DNA of 20,000 nt from an uncultured virus (IMG/VR IMGVR_UViG_3300028114_000011) (IMGVR_UViG_3300028114_000011:53542-73541); one strand, 5' to 3'; shown: positions 9,955 to 18,987, counted from the first letter of the stretch. Notes: generated by a model not told the origin, from the sequence alone. A program made the numbers and translations.

Positions 9955-10419
9955 TTATATGTTAATTATTATAAATTCTCTTGAACCAAAAGAATTATTA
10001 TCATCAGTGTAATCAATAGTTAGTTTCGCCGTATATTCTTGAGTTTCTTTTCCGGGTATTTTATATATATCACTTGTTCCAAGTAATTCTTGATTTATTT
10101 CACCAGGTGCTTCATCAGATTGCAAATATGGAACAACACTAATATCGTTTATTGTTAGGTTTGGTATATATTTTTCAACCTGTTGTTGTATTTCAGATTT
10201 TATCCCATCAAAAGTTTCACCATCTAATGGGTCAAATATAAATTCATATATTCTAGTCCCAAAGTCAGGATTATAGTATCTACTACCTTTAGCAGTTAAT
10301 ATTAGATGTAATAAATTAGTCCTGATTTCATCACCAGCATTTTCAGTTAAATCAAAGTAATAAGATTTTGGGCTATCCCTAAACGGGAAAGTAACACCAT
10401 ATGTTCTACCATCTGCCAT
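9955..10419 (-). CDS. gp25: Baseplate wedge subunit / sheath initiator, GPW/gp25 family
   Basis: EIRTNLLHLILTAKGSRYYNPDFGTRIYEFIFDP matches the gp25 signature (L.T.xGER...P.FG..L..LF.P). ATG at 10419 (MADGRTYG) preferred over the TTG at 10425 given in the track. Confidence 0.9.
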   Translation of the reverse strand: MADGRTYGVTFPFRDSPKSYYFDLTENAGDEIRTNLLHLILTAKGSRYYNPDFGTRIYEFIFDPLDGETFDGIKSEIQQQVEKYIPNLTINDISVVPYLQSDEAPGEINQELLGTSDIYKIPGKETQEYTAKLTIDYTDDNNSFGSREFIIINI

Positions 10420-10424
10420 ATTCA

Positions 10425-10431
10425 ATAAATA
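10425..10431 (-). promoter_or_regulatory. TATTTAT motif upstream of gp25 (candidate phage late promoter)
   Basis: Coding strand TTA-TATTTAT-TGAAT-ATG. It lies just downstream of the nrdA terminator, where the baseplate operon needs a new promoter. Confidence 0.55.
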
Positions 10432-10466
10432 TAATATCGAATATTTTTAGTTAAATAGAATAAAAC

Positions 10467-10492
10467 AAAAAATACGAGTAGTAACTCGGATT
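10467..10492 (-). terminator. Probable intrinsic terminator after nrdA
   Basis: Minus strand AAT-C-CGAGT-TACT-ACTCG-T-ATT followed by TTTTGTTTT, a few nt after the nrdA stop. Confidence 0.6.
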
Positions 10493-10497
10493 GATTT

Positions 10498-12924
10498 TTA
10501 AGAAGAACAACCAAAACACTCAAATTCAGAATCAGACGGTCTTGTAGGTAAAACACCTTCTATAATTATCCTATCAACAGGTGGGGGTGGAGGTGGTACT
10601 TGTTTTTTAGACGTATCAAGTGCCAAGTGTTTTGCTCCCGTTGAAATTGCTTTAGTTCTAACATAATAACATAAAGTTTTCAAACCACTTTCCCATCCGT
10701 AAAAATGTGATGATGTTATTTTTGAAAGTGTTGGGTTAGACATATAGATATTCATTGATTGTGATTGGTCAATAAATGGTGCTCTTTCTGCCGCCATATC
10801 AATCAGTTGTTTTTGTGAAATCTCCCAAATGGTTTTGTATTTAGGAATCAAATGTTCAATTCTTTTAACTTTTTTATTGTAGTTTTTGTCTTCAGGGTCC
10901 AAATAGTTATTGAAGTTAATATTTTGAATTGAACCTTCATTCATAATAATTTCATTTTTTAAATCTTCAGACCAAATACCAATTTTTTCAAAGTCATTAA
11001 TTAGGTATTTGTTTACAATCATTATTTCACCACCAACAACACGTCTATTAAATAATGCAGAATGTGCTGGTTCAGTCATTTCAAACGACCCTGTAATCTT
11101 AGCAGAAGATGCCACAGGCATTTGTGCGGTAAATAAAGAATTACAAATACCATATTTTTTTACATTTTCTTTAAGTGTATTCCAATCCCACATACCTGAT
11201 AAATTATTTTCAGTCAATCCCCACATATCGTATTGGAAAACTCCATTTGACATCGGTGAACCATTAAAAAAATCATATGGTTTGTACTTACCTTCAATAC
11301 ATAGTTGGTTGCTTTCGTAAACAGCCGCGTAGTAGATTGTTTCAAAAATCTCTTTGTTTAATTTTTTAGCCTCATCTGATGTGAAAATATAATCCATTAA
11401 ATAAAATACATCCGCCAATCCTTGTGTACCGATAGCAATTGCTCTTTGTTCTAAACCACCTTTTAACCCCTTTTGTGTGGAGTAGTTGTTAGTATCAACA
11501 ACTTTATTTAGGGCTCTAACAACTTTTCTTACTTCATTAAAAAGTTTTTCAAAGTCAAATTTGTTTCCATTAACAAAGTTTTTTAAAACCATAGATGATA
11601 ATGTACATATGGCCGTAGTTTTCTCATCAGTATATTGATAAATTTCATTACACAGATTTGATTGTTTGATGACACCAATATTTTGGTGATTAGTTTTCTT
11701 ATTAGCACTATCTTTAGAACAAAGATATGGGACACCTGTTTCAACTTGTGACTCAATAATTTTAGACCAAATTGTTTGGGATGAAACTTTTTTACCTAAT
11801 CCCATCTGAACCGCTTGATTATACGTTTGTTCGTATTCATCACCATAACTTTCTTGAAGTGATTTTAATCCCGCCTTTTTAATATCATTAGGACAGAACA
11901 AATACCAATCACCATTATTTTTAACGGCTCTCATAAAGTTGTCAGGAATCCAAAGAGCGGTAAATAAATCACGAGCACGTAATTCTTCGGCACCTGTATT
12001 CTTTTTAATATCAAGTAAATCAAAAATATCTTTGTGCCAAGGTTCTAAATAAATCGCTGCCGACCCAGGTCTTCTACCTTGTTGGTTAAAAAACCTTAAT
12101 GACTCGTTTACAATTTTTAAATACTTTAATAGTCCTCCAGCATAACCTCCCGATGTAGAAATTCTACTTTCTTTACTTCTAATATTAGACATTGATAGTC
12201 CAATTCCTGCGGCATCAGAAGAAAATGTAGATATATCATTAAGAGTACCTAAAAGACCTTCTCTTGAATCAGAATCATTATAATGTAAAACACAAGATGC
12301 CAACTGAGGAACTTTAGTACCTGAGTTAATCATTATTGGCGTTGCCTTAGAAATTAACTGATTAGATAAAGATTTATAATATTCAACAGCAGTTTCAAAT
12401 GTATCGGTGACCCATAATGCAACTCGCATATACATATGTTGTGGTCTTTCAATAACTTTACCGTTTGGTTTTTTTAACAAATACATTTCTTGTAATGACC
12501 TCCAAGCAAAATAGTCAAAGTTGTAATCGTTATCGTGATTAATTACAGCATCAATTAAATTTTCACCATATTCATCAATTTTTTTAATCAATTCTTTATG
12601 TACTACACCATCTTCATATAACTCTCTCATTGTCTGTGAAAAACTATCTAAAGTTTCTTTGTGGTAAGATGATATTGCAACTGATGATGCCAATCTTGAA
12701 TAATCGTGATGACTACCAGTATACGCAGCAGCAATTTCATAAATTAACTTATCTAACTCTTTAGTTGTTACTTCACCTTCAGTTGGTACTGATGTAATAA
12801 CTTTGATGAATATTTCATCAGAATTAACATTAAGTCCTTTTGATGAACGTTTTACTCTGTTATAAATTTTTTGGGGGTTGAATGCGGCATTGTCCCCAAC
12901 TCTTTTAATAATTTTTAATGACAT
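10498..12924 (-). CDS. nrdA: Ribonucleoside-diphosphate reductase class Ia, alpha subunit (eukaryote-like/Bacteroidota-type), with N-terminal ATP-cone
   Basis: ATP-cone-like N-terminus (IIKRVG...FNPQKI..RV), ERPQHMYMRVA, ATP...SG...PQLASC, QQGRRPGS.AIYLEPWH.DI, SNLCNEI (thiyl radical Cys), MPVASSA, DQSQSMN, LKT.CYYVR (Tyr pair), C-terminal CFGCSS. Confidence 0.98.
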   Translation of the reverse strand: MSLKIIKRVGDNAAFNPQKIYNRVKRSSKGLNVNSDEIFIKVITSVPTEGEVTTKELDKLIYEIAAAYTGSHHDYSRLASSVAISSYHKETLDSFSQTMRELYEDGVVHKELIKKIDEYGENLIDAVINHDNDYNFDYFAWRSLQEMYLLKKPNGKVIERPQHMYMRVALWVTDTFETAVEYYKSLSNQLISKATPIMINSGTKVPQLASCVLHYNDSDSREGLLGTLNDISTFSSDAAGIGLSMSNIRSKESRISTSGGYAGGLLKYLKIVNESLRFFNQQGRRPGSAAIYLEPWHKDIFDLLDIKKNTGAEELRARDLFTALWIPDNFMRAVKNNGDWYLFCPNDIKKAGLKSLQESYGDEYEQTYNQAVQMGLGKKVSSQTIWSKIIESQVETGVPYLCSKDSANKKTNHQNIGVIKQSNLCNEIYQYTDEKTTAICTLSSMVLKNFVNGNKFDFEKLFNEVRKVVRALNKVVDTNNYSTQKGLKGGLEQRAIAIGTQGLADVFYLMDYIFTSDEAKKLNKEIFETIYYAAVYESNQLCIEGKYKPYDFFNGSPMSNGVFQYDMWGLTENNLSGMWDWNTLKENVKKYGICNSLFTAQMPVASSAKITGSFEMTEPAHSALFNRRVVGGEIMIVNKYLINDFEKIGIWSEDLKNEIIMNEGSIQNINFNNYLDPEDKNYNKKVKRIEHLIPKYKTIWEISQKQLIDMAAERAPFIDQSQSMNIYMSNPTLSKITSSHFYGWESGLKTLCYYVRTKAISTGAKHLALDTSKKQVPPPPPPVDRIIIEGVLPTRPSDSEFECFGCSS

Positions 12925-12935
12925 ATTTTTTAAAT

Positions 12936-13883
12936 TTAAAAATCCTCTGTAAATGTTATAGTTTCGTTTAATTTAGCTTTTTGATATTCAACCGTTCTTG
13001 ATTCAAAGAAATTACCTTTTGTTTCAACAGCAATTTGTTCCATAAACTTAAATGGTTGTTCTACGTTAAAATGTTTAGTACAACCCATTTTAACTAATAA
13101 ACCATCAACTACAAACTCTAAGTATTGTTTCATTAAATTTGAATTCATACCAATTAAAGAAACAGGTAAAGATTCAGTTATAAATTCTTTTTCAATTTCA
13201 AGGGCCGATAATACAATTTCTTTGATTCGTTTTTCAGATGGCCTTTCTTCCAAGTGATTATTTAATAGGTGAATTGCAAAATCACAATGTAAGTTTTCAT
13301 CTTTAAATATCAGTGAATTAGCATTACATAGACCTTGCATAATTCCTCTTGATTTCATCCAAAAAATAGAACAAAAAGACCCTGAAAAAAAGATACCCTC
13401 AACGGCAGCAAAAGCTACCAATCTTTCAGCAAAAGATGAATTTTCAATCCACTCCAATGCCCATTTTGCCTTTTTCTGTACTGCAGGTAATCTATCAATA
13501 GCGTTAAAACATTCATCTTTTTCTTTCGGGTTATTGATATATGTATCAATTAATAATGAATACATAAGTGAATGGATGTTTTCCATCGCCAATTGTATTC
13601 CATAAAAGAATTTTGCCTCAGGATATTGTACTTCACGATAGAAGTTTTCCGCCAAGTTTTCATTTACAATTCCATCAGAAGCTGCAAAAAATGACAAAAC
13701 ATTTTTTATAAAATACTTTTCATTATCGGTTAGGTTTTCCCAATCTCTAATGTCATTTGTTAAGTCGACTTCTTCTGCTGTCCAAAACGCAGCTTGGTGT
13801 TGTTTATAATATTCCCAAATATCGTTATGTTCAATCGGGAAGATGACAAAGCGGCCAGGGTTTTCTGTTAATATTTTTTCCAT
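12936..13883 (-). CDS. nrdB: Ribonucleoside-diphosphate reductase class Ia, beta subunit
   Basis: [30 protein letters not shown] (radical Tyr), [15 protein letters not shown] di-metal ligands, NFFE.R..EY and an FTEDF C-terminal tail. Confidence 0.98.
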   Translation of the reverse strand: MEKILTENPGRFVIFPIEHNDIWEYYKQHQAAFWTAEEVDLTNDIRDWENLTDNEKYFIKNVLSFFAASDGIVNENLAENFYREVQYPEAKFFYGIQLAMENIHSLMYSLLIDTYINNPKEKDECFNAIDRLPAVQKKAKWALEWIENSSFAERLVAFAAVEGIFFSGSFCSIFWMKSRGIMQGLCNANSLIFKDENLHCDFAIHLLNNHLEERPSEKRIKEIVLSALEIEKEFITESLPVSLIGMNSNLMKQYLEFVVDGLLVKMGCTKHFNVEQPFKFMEQIAVETKGNFFESRTVEYQKAKLNETITFTEDF

Positions 13884-13896
13884 AGTTTTTAATTAA

Positions 13897-15276
13897 TTAA
13901 GATTGTTGTTCTTTTAACCTCTTTTTTTCTAAGAGTTCTTTGACACGATTTTTGTTTCTTTCTTCTTTTTGTTCTTCCAAACCTAAAAAAGTCATACTTT
14001 GTTCGGTATCTATTTCAAGCAGTGCATTATCAAATTTACAATTTTCAAATACAATTCCATCTTTTCCTATCCTTGATTTTGTGATGGCAATGGTCGCTAA
14101 ATTCATTTCTTTTTGTTGTAAACTTTTGGCTACCGTAATAATAACGTGACCAACTTGGGCTTTTTTAATTGACCCACCCATTTGGTCTGTAGTTACAACT
14201 TCAGATGAAATTGAATTACGATTACCTTGTGTTGCGGTCCATCCAGCAATGTCTAGTTCGTGACACATAGCCTCAAATCCTCTCATAACTGAACCTTCAC
14301 TTTTCCATTCATCACTTAACATTTTATCAGGAACAACACAATCAATGTAGTCCAAGATAATCATATCTATTCTTGTACCTTCAGCCATCATTTTTCTAAC
14401 TTGGGTTTTAATCTGACTAATAGTTACAGTATCTGATGCGAGTTTTTTCATAATCAACTTATTCTTTCTTGATGTTTGAATGTGTTTTACTTTTTCTAAA
14501 ACCTCATTTTTATTTTCAGTTAAATCATCGGGATGAATTCCAGTCCATAAAGTGATGTGTTTTCTTTGAATAATTTTTGGGTTATCCTCAAAAAATATTT
14601 GTAATACATTATAACCAAGATTAAAAGCATGATTTGCAATCTTTGTTGTAAATGTTGACTTTCCTACTCCTGTGGGGGCTAAGATAACACCAATTTCTCC
14701 TTTTGCCAAACCACCACGAAGAAGATTATCAATTCCGGGTATTCCTATTGGAATTGGATGTCTATAGTCATCATCTAAGACCTCATCAAGATTTGAAAAT
14801 ACATCTGCAGTACCTTTATCTATTTCACCAACTTGTAAAGCTCCTCTTACCATTTCTTCCAAATGGTCGTAACTTTCAAAATCACCTTTATCAATAATAG
14901 ATTGAGCTTTGGTCATTACTTTTTGTAATTCTTGTTGTTTACAAAACTTAAGTGATTTTTCTTGAACAAATAATGAACCTTCGTCAGAAACATTTTTTAC
15001 CTGTTCAATTGTATCTAAAATATTTTTTTGAGCCATAGGTGAACTAATTTCTGACTTTGTCAGTTGTTCTAAAGTATCAAAAGTTGGTGTATGCTCGTAC
15101 TTGGAATAGTACTCCTTTACCATTTGACAAATAATACGAAAATATTGATTATCAAAATAATGCGGGTCAATTACTTCGAGGATAGAATTCGAAAAATCTT
15201 TGTATAAAATAATATTATTTAATAACTGTATTTGAAACGTATTTCCTAAGTATCCGAAGTTTTTTTTGTCTGACAT
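13897..15276 (-). CDS. dnaB: Replicative DNA helicase, DnaB / T4 gp41-like (SF4)
   Basis: IPIGIPGIDNLLRGGL, Walker A APTGVGKST, Walker B IILDYID, TATQGNR, KSRIGK motifs; DnaB-like N-terminal domain. Confidence 0.93.
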   Translation of the reverse strand: MSDKKNFGYLGNTFQIQLLNNIILYKDFSNSILEVIDPHYFDNQYFRIICQMVKEYYSKYEHTPTFDTLEQLTKSEISSPMAQKNILDTIEQVKNVSDEGSLFVQEKSLKFCKQQELQKVMTKAQSIIDKGDFESYDHLEEMVRGALQVGEIDKGTADVFSNLDEVLDDDYRHPIPIGIPGIDNLLRGGLAKGEIGVILAPTGVGKSTFTTKIANHAFNLGYNVLQIFFEDNPKIIQRKHITLWTGIHPDDLTENKNEVLEKVKHIQTSRKNKLIMKKLASDTVTISQIKTQVRKMMAEGTRIDMIILDYIDCVVPDKMLSDEWKSEGSVMRGFEAMCHELDIAGWTATQGNRNSISSEVVTTDQMGGSIKKAQVGHVIITVAKSLQQKEMNLATIAITKSRIGKDGIVFENCKFDNALLEIDTEQSMTFLGLEEQKEERNKNRVKELLEKKRLKEQQS

Positions 15277-15304
15277 ATTATATGATTTTTTCTTTTTGTA
15301 TTTG

Positions 15305-15311
15305 ATAAATA
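15305..15311 (-). promoter_or_regulatory. TATTTAT motif upstream of the helicase gene
   Basis: Coding strand TCA-TATTTAT-CAAA in the 38-nt intergenic gap, 28 nt before the ATG. Confidence 0.35.
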
Positions 15312-15314
15312 TGA

Positions 15315-15767
15315 TTAAGCGAACGAATAATTAAGGTACCGATAAGATAAATTTTTAGCTGAAAAAATGTCAGTTAAGTCTTTCAGTATGGTTTTTATTG
15401 TTGGTCGTATATCCAGGGTGTATCTAGCCTTTGGCGGGTACAGTTTAGCATCGATTTGTCTATGACAAATTGTCTCATTTCCAATACGAATAATTAGGTT
15501 GAACACTTCAGGTCCATCGGTATTTGCCGTATCTAAAATACTTGGGTCTTCTTCAATTTGGAATCGGTTTTCCAACATGTAAAATACCGACTTGTTTCTT
15601 AATTTTGTTTGTAAATCATATGACAACTCATTCATATAATTTAAAAGCTCAAGACTGTTTTTGGCTTTTTGGTTCATACTTCTGACATTGAAAAATCTTT
15701 GTACAACGAAGTTGTCATTTAATGTGATTAAAAACTCAACTTTAGTAATGTCGTGATTCTCTTTCAT
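15315..15767 (-). CDS. Hypothetical protein (150 aa) in the replication module
   Basis: ORF tightly packed between exonuclease and helicase, same strand, A-rich leader and TAA stop. No motif recognised. Confidence 0.75.
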   Translation of the reverse strand: MKENHDITKVEFLITLNDNFVVQRFFNVRSMNQKAKNSLELLNYMNELSYDLQTKLRNKSVFYMLENRFQIEEDPSILDTANTDGPEVFNLIIRIGNETICHRQIDAKLYPPKARYTLDIRPTIKTILKDLTDIFSAKNLSYRYLNYSFA

Positions 15768-15771
15768 AATT

Positions 15772-16779
15772 TTAATTTTTTCTTTTAAATTTTGTTTTTT
15801 CTTTTCTTGTTAGTTTTAAAAATGGTTTTAGAAAGTACGTCCAATTATCATCAGTTTTAGGTAAAAACTTAAACAATCCATCTTCCATCATCATTCTTAT
15901 TAAATTTCTATATCCTCTACCATCAGGGTCCAAGCTCTCAGAATAGTAAAGGTGTACCATTTCTTTACCATATTCATTTATTAAAGGGTTATCCAAATCT
16001 ACGAGTTTTTCATTAATTTCAAAAAACTCTTGACCAAAAACACCTTCTTTTGTTTTACCACTTAACAGATTTTGAAGTGCAATATTGTCTTTATTTTCTT
16101 TTAACAATATTTCACCCTTTGTTAAAATATCGGTGAAGTTAACTTCTTTTTCAAGTAACTCAGGAAAAAATTTAATTAATGTTTTTTCCCCAAGATAAAA
16201 TATACCATCAATATTATCTGACCCATCACCTGTTAAAATTTTTAAAGTTTTAACATTATAGTGCGGGATTAGATTTTCATAAAGTTTTATTTTATCCCCT
16301 AATTTGAAGTATGACTTGTTGGATGGTGAATATATAGTAACTTTGTCTGAAATGAGCTGTGTGAGGTCCCTATCACTTGAGAATATTGTTTTTTGTTCGT
16401 CTTCAGATATTTTACAATAATATGCAATCAAATCGTCTGCCTCTGAATGCTCAACTTCAAGTTGTCTTACAAACATTTCTTCCAAATATTGTTTAACTCT
16501 TTGTTTTTGAATATTAAACGATTCTTCTTTTAGTTCGTTATCTGAACTTTTTCTATTTAACTTATACTTTGGGTAAATAAGTCTTCTTTGTGATGTACTT
16601 GTATTACTATCCCAAAAAACAACTACTTTGTCAAAATTAGACTCTTCTAAAAATTTACGTAGAGTGTTTAGAAAGTGCCAAATACCTCCGACGTGTTTCC
16701 CTTCGTGATAAAATTCTCTAACACCGTGAAAACCAATTTTCAATAAATTATTTCCGTCTACAAGTAATGTCTTTGACAC
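15772..16779 (-). CDS. 5'-3' exonuclease / flap endonuclease (T4 RNase H / Pol I N-terminal domain family)
   Basis: LLVDGNNL, VVVFWD, R..IYPKYKLNR, EADDLIA, SSDRDLTQL, LTGDGSDNIDGI...GEKT acidic active-site and H3TH motifs; GTG start. Confidence 0.93.
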   Translation of the reverse strand: MSKTLLVDGNNLLKIGFHGVREFYHEGKHVGGIWHFLNTLRKFLEESNFDKVVVFWDSNTSTSQRRLIYPKYKLNRKSSDNELKEESFNIQKQRVKQYLEEMFVRQLEVEHSEADDLIAYYCKISEDEQKTIFSSDRDLTQLISDKVTIYSPSNKSYFKLGDKIKLYENLIPHYNVKTLKILTGDGSDNIDGIFYLGEKTLIKFFPELLEKEVNFTDILTKGEILLKENKDNIALQNLLSGKTKEGVFGQEFFEINEKLVDLDNPLINEYGKEMVHLYYSESLDPDGRGYRNLIRMMMEDGLFKFLPKTDDNWTYFLKPFLKLTRKEKTKFKRKN

Positions 16780-16809
16780 TCCCTAAAAATTAAATTGTTA
16801 CTACTCTAC

Positions 16810-17808
16810 TTATTCTTTTTCTTCTTTCAAATCAAAATCACCATCCACCCCAATTATGTCTTTCCAATAATCTGCGTATTCTTTTTTGTATTTTTCTATA
16901 TTTGTTTTTTCTTCAGTTGTGTCTTTGCCAGCAATAAAACCATGCGGTGTTACAATTATTTTACCATCATCATATCCAAGACCATTTATGTGATTTTTCA
17001 TCACAGACACTTTAGTTCTTGATGCAAACTTTACGGTTCTTTTGTCTTTTGTTGCTGTTATTTTTGTTGTTCCCGCCCCTTTTTGATTTCCAAATAAAAA
17101 TACTAAAGATGAGTTCAACCAAATAGCTTCACCGCCTTTAGCTTTGATTTTAGGTTGTCCAAATGGATTATCAGGTAGTTCAACCCAAGGTTGGTTTACA
17201 ATAATTAAAGTATTTTCATATTTGGAATCCGATTTACGAGACCCTGAAATTCTTTGATTTATTCCCATACCAATTTTGTCTGCCAGTGCAGCTGCGTTAT
17301 GTTGTTTTCCACCGCGACCTTCATATGTCATTTTACAGGGAACAGAACCTACGGAGTCCCACATTATACATAATGAATAGTCTAATTCACCTTTTTCTTG
17401 AGCATCTAACAAACTATTAATATAATCAGTAATTTGTTCAATGTACTCAAAGTTATTGTTAAAGATAAAAAATCCATCCCAATCAACTTCACCTGTTTCT
17501 TCATCAACCACTTCCTCACATTCAAAACCCATTAGTTTTGCGTGTTCAAAAGACCATTTCTGTTCTGTAATAATGAAAACGGGTAGAATACCTTTCTTTT
17601 GTGCATCAACCGCAGTTTTGACTAAGGCTGTTGTTTTTCCTGTATCGGAGTGACCCAAAAACATATTAAGGTGTCCGATTGCAGGGCCAGGTAATCCAAC
17701 CGCATCCAAAAAGTCTGACCCTAAATCAAAAAACCTTTGTGGTTTGTACTTAGCTGAAGTTGAAAACTTCTTTTTTAATGAACTAAAATCATTCTTTTTG
17801 ATTGCCAT
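16810..17808 (-). CDS. recA: RecA/UvsX-like recombinase
   Basis: Walker A GHSDTGKTT, FIITEQK (catalytic Glu region), Walker B IMWDSVGS, IIVNQ, KAKGGEAI...SS and VMKNH motifs of the RecA fold. Divergent from cellular RecA; sits near the phage SSB. Confidence 0.9.
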   Translation of the reverse strand: MAIKKNDFSSLKKKFSTSAKYKPQRFFDLGSDFLDAVGLPGPAIGHLNMFLGHSDTGKTTALVKTAVDAQKKGILPVFIITEQKWSFEHAKLMGFECEEVVDEETGEVDWDGFFIFNNNFEYIEQITDYINSLLDAQEKGELDYSLCIMWDSVGSVPCKMTYEGRGGKQHNAAALADKIGMGINQRISGSRKSDSKYENTLIIVNQPWVELPDNPFGQPKIKAKGGEAIWLNSSLVFLFGNQKGAGTTKITATKDKRTVKFASRTKVSVMKNHINGLGYDDGKIIVTPHGFIAGKDTTEEKTNIEKYKKEYADYWKDIIGVDGDFDLKEEKE

Positions 17809-17810
17809 TA

Positions 17811-18029
17811 TTATTCGTAAATTTTGAAATTATTAATTGTTTCCAATTTATCTTTTGCATTTGCTAGTTGTTCAACCAAGTTGTCCATTTCTTCTGTATG
17901 TTGTGGGTGTTCACCAATACCAACAGGATTTGTAAAATAAACATATAGTCTTGCTTCAGCGTCTGCGATTTCTGCCTCATATTTTTTTACAAGAGCATCT
18001 TTTAATTTTTCTGCGATAAACGACTTCAT
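17811..18029 (-). CDS. Small hypothetical phage protein with a PVGIGEHP motif (72 aa, helix-loop-helix/coiled coil)
   Basis: ORF coupled to recA via TAATAATG; two amphipathic helices flank NPVGIGEHPQH. I recall this motif from small unknown proteins of T4-like aquatic phages (not verified by search). Confidence 0.75.
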   Translation of the reverse strand: MKSFIAEKLKDALVKKYEAEIADAEARLYVYFTNPVGIGEHPQHTEEMDNLVEQLANAKDKLETINNFKIYE

Positions 18030-18052
18030 TTTTTGTTTTTTTAAAAGTTAAT

Positions 18053-18080
18053 AAAAATCGGGCCCATTTACCGAGCCCGA
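18053..18080 (-). terminator. Intrinsic terminator after the SSB gene
   Basis: Minus strand TCGGGCTC-GGTAAAT-GGGCCCGA (8-bp GC-rich stem, one G-U pair) followed by TTTTTATT. Confidence 0.8.
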
Positions 18081-18097
18081 GTAAATAAAAGTTTGGA

Positions 18098-18952
18098 TTA
18101 GAATGGTAAATCTTCTGCAGGTTCGTCATTTGCCTGTGGGTCAACAATAGGAGCCGTTTCTTGTTTTGAACCACCAAGTGAAATTTCGGCAGATTCTCCA
18201 TAAACATACTTTTTAAGTTCTGAACTCCAAATTGGAGTTTCACCAACCGCAACCGCATCTAAGTACTCAACAGGTTTTTTAGAATAAACATCATTCCAAG
18301 TTAATTCATCCTGTACCCATCCTTCCATAATTCCTTTATCTTCGTGAAGTGGTTGTGGGTCATCATACATAATAGTTTGGATGACGGTATACTCTTTTCC
18401 CTGTGGGGTTTTCGCCTTTGTAAGTTCAATGATTAAATCACGACCTTTTTCAGCGTCTGTAACGTCACCTTTAGCTTTCCAAATAGGTAAGATTTTATCT
18501 AACACACCTTCTTGTTTGTAGTTGTGTTTGAATCGCCAAAATTTAACACCATCTTGTTCGTTATCACGGTCAATAACTTTTACAATGTAAAATAAACGTG
18601 AACGATATTGTGACGCCAATTCTTTATCTTCTTTTCTACCTGTAGAAATAAGTTCATTATAAACTTCTGTAAGTGGTGAACGTTCGTTGTCATTTTTGTC
18701 AGGGTCATACAACTTTACCCATTGCCCATTTACTTGAATTTCGTGATACCATACTTCAGTAAATGGTGATGAACCATCTTTTGTAGGTAAAATACGAATT
18801 CTTCGTGATGCGGACTTTTCATTTTTTTGAAGAATCGCTGAAAAATACTTTTTCAATCTGTCCTCTTGTGAAATGTTTGTTTTTTGTGAACTCGTTGATG
18901 TTGAGTTCTTTTCGTACTGCGCAAGTACTGAATCTAATACTGAATTTGCCAT
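18098..18952 (-). CDS. Single-stranded DNA-binding protein, T4 gp32-like
   Basis: RIRILP...SPF.EVWYH, R.FYIVKVIDRDNEQDGVKFW.F, DVTDAEKGRDLII motifs of the gp32-type OB fold; acidic tail ending DEPAEDLPF. Start reassigned to ATG 18952 (MANSVLDSVL) because the longer track ORF runs through a terminator and a promoter. Confidence 0.85.
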   Translation of the reverse strand: MANSVLDSVLAQYEKNSTSTSSQKTNISQEDRLKKYFSAILQKNEKSASRRIRILPTKDGSSPFTEVWYHEIQVNGQWVKLYDPDKNDNERSPLTEVYNELISTGRKEDKELASQYRSRLFYIVKVIDRDNEQDGVKFWRFKHNYKQEGVLDKILPIWKAKGDVTDAEKGRDLIIELTKAKTPQGKEYTVIQTIMYDDPQPLHEDKGIMEGWVQDELTWNDVYSKKPVEYLDAVAVGETPIWSSELKKYVYGESAEISLGGSKQETAPIVDPQANDEPAEDLPF

Positions 18953-18987
18953 AAATAAATTTTTAATTATTACTCTTTTATCTATGA

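Noticed and set aside
8115..10419. Bacterial contractile injection system (eCIS/T6SS) locus
   Set aside because: The baseplate genes directly adjoin phage-type replication genes and no cellular housekeeping context is present.
10498..13883. Eukaryotic giant-virus (NCLDV) origin suggested by the eukaryote-like RNR
   Set aside because: gp25/gp6 baseplate genes, a gp32-like SSB, operon-like coupling and bacterial promoter/terminators indicate a tailed bacteriophage.
10498..17808. Inteins, group I introns or homing endonucleases in nrdA, nrdB, helicase or recA
   Set aside because: All are uninterrupted and of normal length, with no intein junction motifs or HNH/LAGLIDADG/GIY-YIG signatures seen.
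3249..18258. Short alternative-frame minus-strand ORFs (3249-3488, 4992-5198, 17977-18258)
   Set aside because: Nested in or straddling real genes; 17977-18258 crosses the SSB terminator. No slippery site or other evidence of frameshifting seen.
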